From the NCBI GenBank assembly GCA_964579655.1, contig CAZOGN010000001.1, positions 36,097-100,096 of the forward strand: DNA of 64,000 bases, given 5' to 3'. Positions 27,392 to 35,874 of the stretch are shown here, in pieces; the first letter of the stretch is position 1, and the number at the start of each line of letters is the position of its first letter. Source of the DNA: an uncultured Lachnospiraceae bacterium (GTDB taxonomy: Bacteria; Bacillota; Clostridia; Lachnospirales; Lachnospiraceae). Made by a program: the position numbers and the translations under genes. The notes beneath the pieces were generated by a model. It was not told the DNA's origin and did not search any database. It saw only the letters and a program-made list of their open reading frames with translations.

Positions 27392-28612
27392 CTAAACATA
27401 ACTTCCTGCAAGAAATCCACTTGACCAAGCCCATTGAAGATTATATCCACCACAAGTTCCATCTACATCAAGTATTTCACCAGAAAAATATAGACCGGCT
27501 ACAAGTTTAGATTCCATTGTTCTTTTGCTTACCTGTGTGGTATCAATGCCACCACAAGTAACTTGTGCACTATCAAATGGATTAGTTTCAATAATATTAA
27601 CTTCAAAATTCTTAATCATGTTCACAAGGCTTATTAATTGTCCTTTGCTAATCTTCTTAGCTTCTAGCTTGGAATAAATACCACTTTTCTTTAATATGTA
27701 TAAAATAAATTTATTATTAAATAAGCCATAAAAGATTTCTTCTATATTCTTATAAGTATTAATTAAAATTCTTTTTTCAAGCAAATCCATAGTGGCTTTC
27801 CAGTCTAAATCATGTAGTAAATCAATCTTTAAACTGACTTTTTTAGATTTATCTAAAGCTTTTGATGCATATCTGCTAATTTGAAAAACAGGTATGCCCG
27901 AGACTCCATACTGAGTGAATTGTAATTCTCCACTTTCAGTAGATGCTAACTTATCATCAATATAAAGTTCAATATAAGCTTGACTTCTAACGCCTGCTAT
28001 CATTTTAAAATTACTATCGTCAGTTCTTAACTGTACTAAGGCTGGTAAGGGTTTAATAATCTTATGTCCTAGCTCTTTTGCAAGTTTAAATCCACTACCA
28101 TCAGATCCTAAATTCTTCGAAGCAGATCCTCCTGTTGCAAGAACTACTTTTTTAGCCTCGTAATCACCATGATTAGTTATTAAAAAAAAGTGTTCACAAT
28201 TCTTTTTTATATGTTCAACCTTAATATCACAAATAATATCAACACCTAAGTAAAGTGCTTCTAATTCTAAAACTTCCCTAACCGCCAGTGCTTGCTGTGA
28301 ATTAGGATATATATAACCATTAATATCCCTTGGGTATATACCTAAGTCCATAAAGAAATTAATTGTATCATTATATGAAAAATCTTCTAAAACAGAGCTT
28401 GCAAAGTTTATATTATCACTGCGAAAACAAGAAATGTCCATATAGGAATTAGTATAATTACACCTTCCATTGCCTGTAGCAAGAATCTTCTTTCCAACTC
28501 TTTCTTTATATTCAATTATGCTAACACTTCTACCTCTTCTAGCTGCTACAATAGCTGCCATTAGGCCTGAAGCTCCACCACCTACTATAACTATATCCTT
28601 CAAGTAAAACAC
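27392..28612 (-). CDS. HI0933/YhiN-family FAD-dependent oxidoreductase
   Basis: GGGASGLMAA dinucleotide fold. The C-terminal GGIDTTQV...GEILDVDGTCGGYNLQWAWSSG is typical of the HI0933-like family. Confidence 0.8.
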   Translation of the reverse strand: MFYLKDIVIVGGGASGLMAAIVAARRGRSVSIIEYKERVGKKILATGNGRCNYTNSYMDISCFRSDNINFASSVLEDFSYNDTINFFMDLGIYPRDINGYIYPNSQQALAVREVLELEALYLGVDIICDIKVEHIKKNCEHFFLITNHGDYEAKKVVLATGGSASKNLGSDGSGFKLAKELGHKIIKPLPALVQLRTDDSNFKMIAGVRSQAYIELYIDDKLASTESGELQFTQYGVSGIPVFQISRYASKALDKSKKVSLKIDLLHDLDWKATMDLLEKRILINTYKNIEEIFYGLFNNKFILYILKKSGIYSKLEAKKISKGQLISLVNMIKNFEVNIIETNPFDSAQVTCGGIDTTQVSKRTMESKLVAGLYFSGEILDVDGTCGGYNLQWAWSSGFLAGSYV

Positions 28613-28679
28613 CTCTTACAGAGTTAAATATAATAAGTCTATTTTAGCAGAACCCATTAATAATTCAAGTCTTAATAAT

Positions 28680-28703
28680 GGGACGCAGGTGTCCCTGCGT
28701 CCC
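28680..28703 (-). terminator. GC-rich stem-loop after the BofC-like gene (weak U tract)
   Basis: GGGACGCAGG-tgtc-CCTGCGTCCC, a perfect 10-bp stem that stands out in AT-rich DNA. Confidence 0.5.
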
Positions 28704-28709
28704 AATGTC

Positions 28710-29474
28710 TTAACTAGTATAATTTTCTAGTATAGCGTATAGTTCAGTTAGGTCCTTAATAAAGTAACCTTCCTCTAATTCTTGTTTTTCCTCTTCAGCC
28801 AGATTTATAATTGACATATTTGTATACTCATATACAGTTTTTTGATCACTATAATAAACAACAATATTATCATCTACAGCCTTTATATAGTATTCATATT
28901 CTATCAAATCAGGATTATATGTTTTACGAATAAGTATTTCCTTATCAGAAAATAAAAGTAACTCATATGCCGTCAGACCCTGCTTAAACTCATTCCAAGG
29001 TAAGTCATCCATATAGTTGTCTAAATATTCAATAACCTCTTGCCTATTCAATCCCAGAAGAAAACTAGGTGGCTTAAGAACTTCATCAGTTTTTTTAGCT
29101 GTAGAAGTATTATATGTTTGTAATATATATTTGGTAGTTGGAAGTACTATTATATCCTCTACATTGTCAACTTCTCTTCCATCATCTGATCTATCTTCCT
29201 CTTGAGTTGGTATATCTAAATTCGCTTCTAAGACTACATCTTTCTCTTGTGATAATTGACTTTCATCCTGACTATTTGTAGATACATAATTATCATCTTG
29301 AATTATTAACAAACCCTTCTCTTCTAATGATGTAAAAAGTTCATTATTTCTTTTATCTGCATTTCTATTAAAATCATCTAAAGCTTTTTTATAACTAAAA
29401 TAATAACCTGCCGTAAATACAAGGGATAATGATAAAAAACCAATAAAATATACTACTATTTTTTTGCCATTCAC
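28710..29474 (-). CDS. Membrane-anchored protein with a BofC C-terminal-domain-like region
   Basis: GTG at 29474 (AAAGGAG 8 nt upstream) gives MNGKKIVVYFIGFLSLSLVF, a TM anchor. The C-terminal part (DNIVVYYSDQKTVYEYTNMSIINLAEEEKQELEEGYFIKDLTELYAILENY) resembles the BofC_C pattern. Assigned by eye only. Confidence 0.4.
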   Translation of the reverse strand: MNGKKIVVYFIGFLSLSLVFTAGYYFSYKKALDDFNRNADKRNNELFTSLEEKGLLIIQDDNYVSTNSQDESQLSQEKDVVLEANLDIPTQEEDRSDDGREVDNVEDIIVLPTTKYILQTYNTSTAKKTDEVLKPPSFLLGLNRQEVIEYLDNYMDDLPWNEFKQGLTAYELLLFSDKEILIRKTYNPDLIEYEYYIKAVDDNIVVYYSDQKTVYEYTNMSIINLAEEEKQELEEGYFIKDLTELYAILENYTS

Positions 29475-29547
29475 ACTAATCACTCCTTTGATATTAGTCT
29501 TTACCATTATTTCTATTTTATACAATGGAGAGAGTGCGACAGCTTTC

Positions 29548-31182
29548 TTATCTAATCAGAAAAAGTCTTCTTGCTAATTTAATTACCATTTTGCCTTTTG
29601 GTAGTTTATAAAGTTCATCTTCTGTAATTCCTTTTAAAGTTATCAGTAATACAAAATAAACAAATACAGCTAATATAATTGCCACAATACAACTAATAGC
29701 ATTAGACGAAACTAGAGCATAAAGACCTCTATATGCAAGAAAGGCAACAATACCCATTATAATAGCACTTATACAAGGGATTAAAAATGTTTTCTTTATT
29801 TCCTGTTGATAATCTAAAAGTTTTCTAAGATATCTCCAATTTAAAATGCAAACAACCAATGGAAATGAAATATTACCAATTACTAAAGCATATATTCCAA
29901 TCTTTGCATAAGTCAATAATAAATACATAAAAACAACATGTATACCTAGGGATATAGCAGAATGAATTATGGGTATATGCATTTTATCTAAGCCTTGTAG
30001 TATACCGTTAGTTATTGTTGAAAATACGAAAAAGATAATAGCGATAGAACCAATTTGCAACATTTTTGCTGGTAATTCAACTTCAACACGTCTAAATATT
30101 AACTGTATAATAGGTGATGCTAAAACAGTCAATCCTGCAGCAGACGGAAAAGCTACCATCATAGTACTCTTTATTCCTAAGCCTATTTTGTTTTTAACTT
30201 CCATCATCATTCCATTAGTAATAGATATAACAATACTAGGCACAATAGCTGTAGCCAAAGCAGAAGCAATAGAAACTGGTACATTGGTTAGTAAAAGAAA
30301 TATCGTGCTATAAAGTCCAATTAGAGCACTTCTAACTTCTTCTACATGTCCTTGACTAGCCATAATCTTATTAAAAATAGATGAATCTATAATACCAGTC
30401 AACTGGTATACAGTCTGGCTTAAGATAACTGGTATCACTGTAATAGCAAGCATTTTACTTATCATTGCGTAAGAATCGACATAATTAGAAGTATCTGAAA
30501 TAATTTTCCTTTTAATAAATTTTCGATTTAGTGTAAAAACAAAAATTAAAAATATTAAAGATGCGATAGCCCCTAATAAAGTTCCAAGTGTTGCCCCTGC
30601 TGCTCCATAAGCTGATGCATCTTCTGATAAGCCAAACCGCTTAAGGAGAAAATAAGCAGCTACAATAGAAACTATAGCATTAACTATTTGTTCAATTACT
30701 TGTGAAACTGAAGTTTGAACCATGGAGTTATTGCCTTGAAAAAACCCTCTAAGTACACCCATAATTGCAAATACAAATATTGTTGGTGCTAATACTTTAA
30801 GTGGTATTGCAGATCTTGGTGATTCCAGAATTTTTACTGCTAAATAATCCGCACCAAAAAAAACTGATAATGATGCTATCAAGCCAACAGCAGCACCAAT
30901 AACTAATGCTGTCATAAAAATACGAAAAGAATTGCGATGTTGCTTCTTAATAGTTCTAGATGCAACCAACTTTGATACTGCCAAAGGTAGACTATAGGAA
31001 GATATCAACAAAGCAATATTATATATTGAATAGGCATTTGAATAGTATCCCATTCCTTCTTTACCTATCATATTAATTAATGGAGCCCTATATAATAACC
31101 CTATAAAACGTACAAGAATTGCTGCAGTTGCTAGTATCCCACCTTGTACTAAAAAATTATTACTTGATTTTTTACTTGCCAT
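29548..31182 (-). CDS. MOP-superfamily flippase (MurJ / SpoVB-like polysaccharide biosynthesis protein)
   Basis: About 14 TM segments. The N-terminus LVQGGILATAAILVRFIGLLYRAPL is typical of MurJ/SpoVB. ATG at 31182 with GGAGG upstream. Confidence 0.75.
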   Translation of the reverse strand: MASKKSSNNFLVQGGILATAAILVRFIGLLYRAPLINMIGKEGMGYYSNAYSIYNIALLISSYSLPLAVSKLVASRTIKKQHRNSFRIFMTALVIGAAVGLIASLSVFFGADYLAVKILESPRSAIPLKVLAPTIFVFAIMGVLRGFFQGNNSMVQTSVSQVIEQIVNAIVSIVAAYFLLKRFGLSEDASAYGAAGATLGTLLGAIASLIFLIFVFTLNRKFIKRKIISDTSNYVDSYAMISKMLAITVIPVILSQTVYQLTGIIDSSIFNKIMASQGHVEEVRSALIGLYSTIFLLLTNVPVSIASALATAIVPSIVISITNGMMMEVKNKIGLGIKSTMMVAFPSAAGLTVLASPIIQLIFRRVEVELPAKMLQIGSIAIIFFVFSTITNGILQGLDKMHIPIIHSAISLGIHVVFMYLLLTYAKIGIYALVIGNISFPLVVCILNWRYLRKLLDYQQEIKKTFLIPCISAIIMGIVAFLAYRGLYALVSSNAISCIVAIILAVFVYFVLLITLKGITEDELYKLPKGKMVIKLARRLFLIR

Positions 31183-31242
31183 AAAGTCCTCCAAAGTACC
31201 TGCCAATGTTTTATCTTATGTATTATAATCTAGTTCATCAAA

Positions 31243-32325
31243 TTATTCAAATACTACATCTGAAGTTCTATTCCCTGGAAAAATTGCAATATATGTTTTC
31301 CCAGGATTAATTTCTAACATGTTTTTGTCTGAGTTATAATATATCATGCTTCGATCACTTTCACTTTTATCCCATGTAATTGGAACCGCCTTACCATTAG
31401 ATATATAATATCCTTCTCCATTTGCTTGCTTAAATGAAAAACTTTTAGTCTCATCTATTGAAAACCCATCTACAAATTGAACTATTATGTTTTTAAATTC
31501 TAATTGCTTAGATGAATTAGCATCAATATGGGCACCACCATGTTGAAATCTTAAATAAGTTTTGTTTTCAGCATCATATGTAAAATACGGAGATGTATAA
31601 GAAGAAAACTTTAAAGTAAGCTTATTAACATTTTGATCACCCAAAAGATCTGTATCTGTATTATAAAAGGAAAAATGATTGATTAATTTTTCATCATAAG
31701 CCGTTCTAAATTCTTTTTTTGCTATTCCTTTTGCTAAGCCTTCTTTACTTGTAAAAGCATTATGAGGTGCTTTAATACTATTATCACGATAGAAAACTGT
31801 TGATCCCTCACCACGTAATCCACTAAGTTGATTCAGATTAAGTTCTTTGATTTTTTCAGTGCAATAAGAAGATTCTCCAAAACTAACTAAGACAGCATCA
31901 TATTCATCAGCTATACTTGCAAAATATTGCCTACCACTTCTAATTGAACCTATTCTCTCTGGATGAAATTCTTCAAAAACTCCCATATGTCTGGTGATTC
32001 CGCCTTCAACTAAAGATTCATATAAGATAGAAGCCTCCTCTGTTCCACTTTGAGGATTAACTACTTTAATATTGCTAATCATAATTGCATATGGTCTACT
32101 TGTTGCAACATCCCCTGGCACGTATAGCCCTGTTAATCTGCTTTTAGCATATCCATCTGGAATTATTTCATTACTTTCCTCTGTTACTTCTTCCGATGGC
32201 TCTATAGTCTGATCAATATCATCAGTTTCTTCCTGATCTATGTCTGTAGGATCTTCTTTTTTATTACATGCCACAACAAATATAACACAAAATAATAGTA
32301 GTATAATTCCCGCTTTCTTTTTCAT
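31243..32325 (-). CDS. DUF3048 (YerB-like) lipoprotein
   Basis: Lipobox FVVAC. NPQSGTEEASILYESLVEGGITRHMGVF matches the DUF3048 core motif. Confidence 0.7.
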   Translation of the reverse strand: MKKKAGIILLLFCVIFVVACNKKEDPTDIDQEETDDIDQTIEPSEEVTEESNEIIPDGYAKSRLTGLYVPGDVATSRPYAIMISNIKVVNPQSGTEEASILYESLVEGGITRHMGVFEEFHPERIGSIRSGRQYFASIADEYDAVLVSFGESSYCTEKIKELNLNQLSGLRGEGSTVFYRDNSIKAPHNAFTSKEGLAKGIAKKEFRTAYDEKLINHFSFYNTDTDLLGDQNVNKLTLKFSSYTSPYFTYDAENKTYLRFQHGGAHIDANSSKQLEFKNIIVQFVDGFSIDETKSFSFKQANGEGYYISNGKAVPITWDKSESDRSMIYYNSDKNMLEINPGKTYIAIFPGNRTSDVVFE

Positions 32326-32334
32326 TAAATGTTC

Positions 32335-32838
32335 TTACCTCCCAAATTGTAATGTTTGTAAAATGTATTCCTGTTTTTTCTCCATAATTAAATTATCATA
32401 ATTAATATTGTCAGTATGATCATATCCAAATAAATGAAGCATACTATGAGCCATTAAAAAGGCCAATTCTCTTTTTTGAGAATGACCAAACTCTTCTGCC
32501 TGTTCCATAACTTTTTCAACTGATATTATAATATCACCTAATAATAGTTCACCTGTCTCTGGATTAAAATACTCATTTGAAAATTCTTCCAAGGCTGAAA
32601 AATCACCAGATTTATTAAATTCAATCATGGGAAAAGACAAAACATCCGTTGGCCTATCTATATTCCTATATGACTTATTAATTTCCTTGATATCTTCATT
32701 ATCAGTTAGAATAATACTTAGTTCTACTTCATAAGGACATTCTTCAATGTCTAATGCTTTAAGAACCACACTTTCTATTATGGTTTTATAATCTAAGTCT
32801 AATGATATCTTGCTTTCATATTCAATACTAATTGTCAT
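32335..32838 (-). CDS. ybeY: rRNA maturation endoribonuclease YbeY
   Basis: HSMLHLFGYDH zinc motif. Overlaps the phoH stop by 4 nt. Confidence 0.9.
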   Translation of the reverse strand: MTISIEYESKISLDLDYKTIIESVVLKALDIEECPYEVELSIILTDNEDIKEINKSYRNIDRPTDVLSFPMIEFNKSGDFSALEEFSNEYFNPETGELLLGDIIISVEKVMEQAEEFGHSQKRELAFLMAHSMLHLFGYDHTDNINYDNLIMEKKQEYILQTLQFGR

Positions 32839-33791
32839 CTTTTTTTCTCCACATTAAAAGCATCATATGCCTTAACTATCTTTTGAACTAAGGGATGTCT
32901 TACAACATCCTTATCAGTAAGATAAGAAAAACCCAAATCATTTATTTTACTTAAAACCTTGATTGCATTTTCCAGTCCTGACTCAGTATTGTAAGGTAAG
33001 TCTTTTTGAGTTAAGTCTCCATTTACAACAGCTTTTGAAGCATAACCAATTCTTGTTAAGAACATCTTCATCTGTGATGGTGTTGTGTTTTGTGCCTCAT
33101 CAAGAATAATAAATGAATTGTCTAATGTTCTTCCTCTCATATATGCTAAAGGTGCTACTTCAATTAGCCCTTTTTCAACATTTCTTTCAAATGATTCTTG
33201 TCCCATTATTTGATTTAATGCATCATACAAAGGTCTTAGGTAAGGATCAACTTTGCTTTGCAGATCTCCTGGTAGAAATCCTAGTTTCTCACCAGCTTCT
33301 ATAGCGGGCCTAGTTAATATAATCCTATTTACATCATCATTTTTAAAGGCCTTAACAGCCATAGCTATAGCAAGGTATGTCTTTCCTGTACCTGCTGGTC
33401 CTATTCCAAAAGTAATCATTTTATTTCGTATCTTATCAACATATTCCTTTTGTCCTAAAGTCTTAGGCTTAATAGGTTTTCCATTGATAGTATGACTAAT
33501 AATATCTTTATCTATCTCAATTAAAGAACCTGTTTTGTCATCCATAGCCAATGATAAGGCATAATTAACATTCTGATCTGTAATTGCATTACCATTCTTT
33601 GAAAGCTCTAATAATTCCTTAAATACCTTTTTTGCCTTATCAACATTATCACTTTCACCAATTAACTTTATTTCATCATCTCGAATAATTAAGGTGATAT
33701 TTAAATTTTTCTCAATGGTCTTAATATATGAATCTAACTGTCCAAATATGTTTTTTTGATGTTTTACTGGTAAATCAATCACTATCTCCAT
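32835..33791 (-). CDS. phoH: PhoH-family ATPase
   Basis: Walker A GPAGTGKT, ILDEAQN, and a KH-like N-domain. The likely start is the ATG at 33791, overlapping the yqfD end. Confidence 0.9.
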   Translation of the reverse strand: MEIVIDLPVKHQKNIFGQLDSYIKTIEKNLNITLIIRDDEIKLIGESDNVDKAKKVFKELLELSKNGNAITDQNVNYALSLAMDDKTGSLIEIDKDIISHTINGKPIKPKTLGQKEYVDKIRNKMITFGIGPAGTGKTYLAIAMAVKAFKNDDVNRIILTRPAIEAGEKLGFLPGDLQSKVDPYLRPLYDALNQIMGQESFERNVEKGLIEVAPLAYMRGRTLDNSFIILDEAQNTTPSQMKMFLTRIGYASKAVVNGDLTQKDLPYNTESGLENAIKVLSKINDLGFSYLTDKDVVRHPLVQKIVKAYDAFNVEKKR

Positions 33792-35025
33792 TAAGCTCAT
33801 CCTCTTCTTCCATCCTCCATTCACTTTCTTCTACTTTTTTATAATCAACAATAGATTCCTCTACGATTATATCACCCATACTAATAGAATAATCACTATT
33901 TATGTCTGTGTTAACATTATGTTTAAGTATCAAAATTTTGTTTTCTTCTAATTTATTTAAAACACGATCAAGCTTTGACTTTGCAAGACTTAGTGCTTCT
34001 TCTTTTTTATATTTCTTGTCAACTTCTATATATTCTTCAAAAATAACTTTAGTATAAGTAAAAGGTAAGTAAAAATTCTTTATGGGTTGAAAAATATACT
34101 CATCGGTCATTATATCACATTTATTATATGTATTTCTATATTTGTATAAATTTATTTCCTTTGATAAAATTCTCAAACTATGCTTTGTTTTGTTTTTATT
34201 GGTATATTCTTTTTTCTTATAAGTAAGTGGAAATGAATCTTTATATTTATAATATGTTCTTCCAACTATATCAGCATCTGCTAGCACAGCTTTTTTATTT
34301 ACTATAATGTCATTATCTCCAATAACATCAACTACTCCTAAAACAAGTATATCTCCCTTTTTTACTGTATCTCCAACTTTTACAAGGGGAGTTCCACTTC
34401 GCGTTACCATCTTAGTAATTATTCCATTCTTGCTTGCAATTATATGACTAGGACCTGTGTTTAATATTGCTTTTTCTGGCATCATGGTTTCTCTTATATC
34501 AATTATTAAATTTGTTCCTTTAATTTCTGCTGAAACCCAGCCAATATCCTCATAATTTTCCCTTATATTTTCTTCGATTTTTCTACAATCAATATCTTTT
34601 ACCTTTTTTCCAACATAAACATTCTGGCTATATAAAAAATCTATGAGAGTTTCCTTTGTATAATTTCTTTCTCCATTAATACTAATATTCCATATATTAA
34701 GTGATAACATATAAATTATTATAAAAAAAATCATAAGGCCAATTATAAAGGTTTTCTTTTTCTTATATTTTTGCAAAATAAAAGGAAAACCACATTTTTT
34801 CTTTATATATGGTAAGGTGTGTGTTTTCCTTGCAATAGACTTAAGTCTTTTATAATCTTTTAATAATATTTCAAATTGATAGTCTCCACTTATGTTTTTA
34901 AGATTCCATATGTAAATATTATTATGATTACACATATTAATGAAACGTTCAGGTGAATTATTCATGCTAGTTTTTATCTTTACAAGCAGATATCCTCTAA
35001 TCCATCTTATTAACTTTAAAAACAT
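33775..35025 (-). CDS. yqfD: Sporulation protein YqfD
   Basis: Size, a single central TM, the N-terminal RGYLLVKI... pattern, and conserved position between yqfC and phoH. Confidence 0.75.
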   Translation of the reverse strand: MFLKLIRWIRGYLLVKIKTSMNNSPERFINMCNHNNIYIWNLKNISGDYQFEILLKDYKRLKSIARKTHTLPYIKKKCGFPFILQKYKKKKTFIIGLMIFFIIIYMLSLNIWNISINGERNYTKETLIDFLYSQNVYVGKKVKDIDCRKIEENIRENYEDIGWVSAEIKGTNLIIDIRETMMPEKAILNTGPSHIIASKNGIITKMVTRSGTPLVKVGDTVKKGDILVLGVVDVIGDNDIIVNKKAVLADADIVGRTYYKYKDSFPLTYKKKEYTNKNKTKHSLRILSKEINLYKYRNTYNKCDIMTDEYIFQPIKNFYLPFTYTKVIFEEYIEVDKKYKKEEALSLAKSKLDRVLNKLEENKILILKHNVNTDINSDYSISMGDIIVEESIVDYKKVEESEWRMEEEDELNGDSD

Positions 35026-35037
35026 ATTAACCTCCTT

Positions 35038-35415
35038 TTAGACATCAACTCCATTATGTTTTATCAATTCAAACCTTCCAGCAATTTTCATTTCATCTTT
35101 TCCAAAATAAGAAATTCTTATATCTTTTCCTTGTATTGATATGCTACCAATATTAGTTAGGATCTTTATATTCTTATTTGTATACTCAATTATTCTTCTA
35201 TAATTTTCTATACTTATTTCATTTCTACCTATTATAGTTATAATTGGATCACCAGTTAATATGTCCGAAGGTAAATTAAGAGTGCTCGACAAAATATTCA
35301 GATAGCTTTCTCGCTCCTTTTCTTCTTTTTTTTCTTTCTTTTTTATTTTATTATAAAATGAATTAAAATATTTCTTTTTATACTTTTCATGTTTTGACTT
35401 GAACATTTTATTCAT
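35038..35415 (-). CDS. yqfC: Sporulation protein YqfC (YabP family)
   Basis: YabP-like beta repeats (ITIIGRNEISIENYRRIIEYT...ISIQGKDIRISYFGKDEMKIAGRF). Directly upstream of yqfD. Confidence 0.65.
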   Translation of the reverse strand: MNKMFKSKHEKYKKKYFNSFYNKIKKKEKKEEKERESYLNILSSTLNLPSDILTGDPIITIIGRNEISIENYRRIIEYTNKNIKILTNIGSISIQGKDIRISYFGKDEMKIAGRFELIKHNGVDV

Positions 35416-35451
35416 TAATACCTCTTTAAAATTAGTAGAGTAGTACTATAA

Positions 35452-35479
35452 AATATATGGTATAAAAAATGTCCTATGA
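35452..35479 (-). promoter_or_regulatory. Possible sigma-E-type sporulation promoter for yqfC-yqfD
   Basis: Minus strand: TCATAGG, 13 nt, CATATATT, loosely matching the sigma-E consensus (-35 ATATT-like, -10 CATACA-T). Weak by-eye match. Confidence 0.25.
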
Positions 35480-35543
35480 TTAAAACTGCTAAATCTATCT
35501 ATATTTAATTAATGCCTTCTTAGTTTTTGCTAAATTTGTGTCG

Positions 35544-35573
35544 AAAAAAAACCCTTGAATATTCAAGGGTTTT
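35544..35573 (-). terminator. Rho-independent terminator after rpsU (bidirectional shape)
   Basis: Perfect palindrome CCCTTGAAT/ATTCAAGGG flanked by an A8 run on one side and T4 on the other. The minus-strand RNA ends in U8. Confidence 0.8.
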
Positions 35574-35593
35574 ATCATATGATTTTCCTACTA

Positions 35594-35767
35594 TTATTTT
35601 TTGCGTTTACGTGCTGCTTCAGACTTCTTCTTACGTCTTACGCTTGGTTTCTCATAATGTTCTCTTTTACGAATCTCTTGCTGAATCCCCGCTTTAGCGC
35701 AGTTCTTTTTGAAACGTCGTAGAGCACTATCTAGAGTTTCGTTATCTTTAACTGTAACATTTGACAT
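35594..35767 (-). CDS. rpsU: 30S ribosomal protein S21
   Basis: [28 protein letters not shown]...; ATG at 35767 preceded by GGAGGGAGG. The ORF-track extension to 35839 is non-coding leader. Confidence 0.95.
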   Translation of the reverse strand: MSNVTVKDNETLDSALRRFKKNCAKAGIQQEIRKREHYEKPSVRRKKKSEAARKRKK

Positions 35768-35846
35768 AGTCTCACACCTAACCTCCCTCCAGTTGTGTAT
35801 TGTGCTTATACAACTGTTTGGGTTTAATATTTTTAGCACTATTAGA

Positions 35847-35874
35847 ATTATAACATATAATAACTATACGTCAA
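35847..35874 (-). promoter_or_regulatory. Sigma-A promoter for rpsU with extended -10
   Basis: Minus strand: TTGACG (35874-35869), 16 nt, TGTTATAAT (-10 at 35852-35847). The -35 lies in the last codons of alaS. Confidence 0.5.

Noticed and set aside
35768-35839. N-terminal extensions in the ORF track for rpsU. The same issue occurs for rpsB (58722-58760), pyrH (54106-54156), uppS (52745-52789), dxr (51157-51168), frr (53377-53388), the aminotransferase (21082-21120), the flippase (31183-31206) and the BofC-like gene (29475-29525).
   Set aside because: Downstream starts have canonical GGAGG-type RBS at 5-10 nt and reproduce the conserved N-termini of these families. The extensions overlap leaders, promoters or neighbouring genes.
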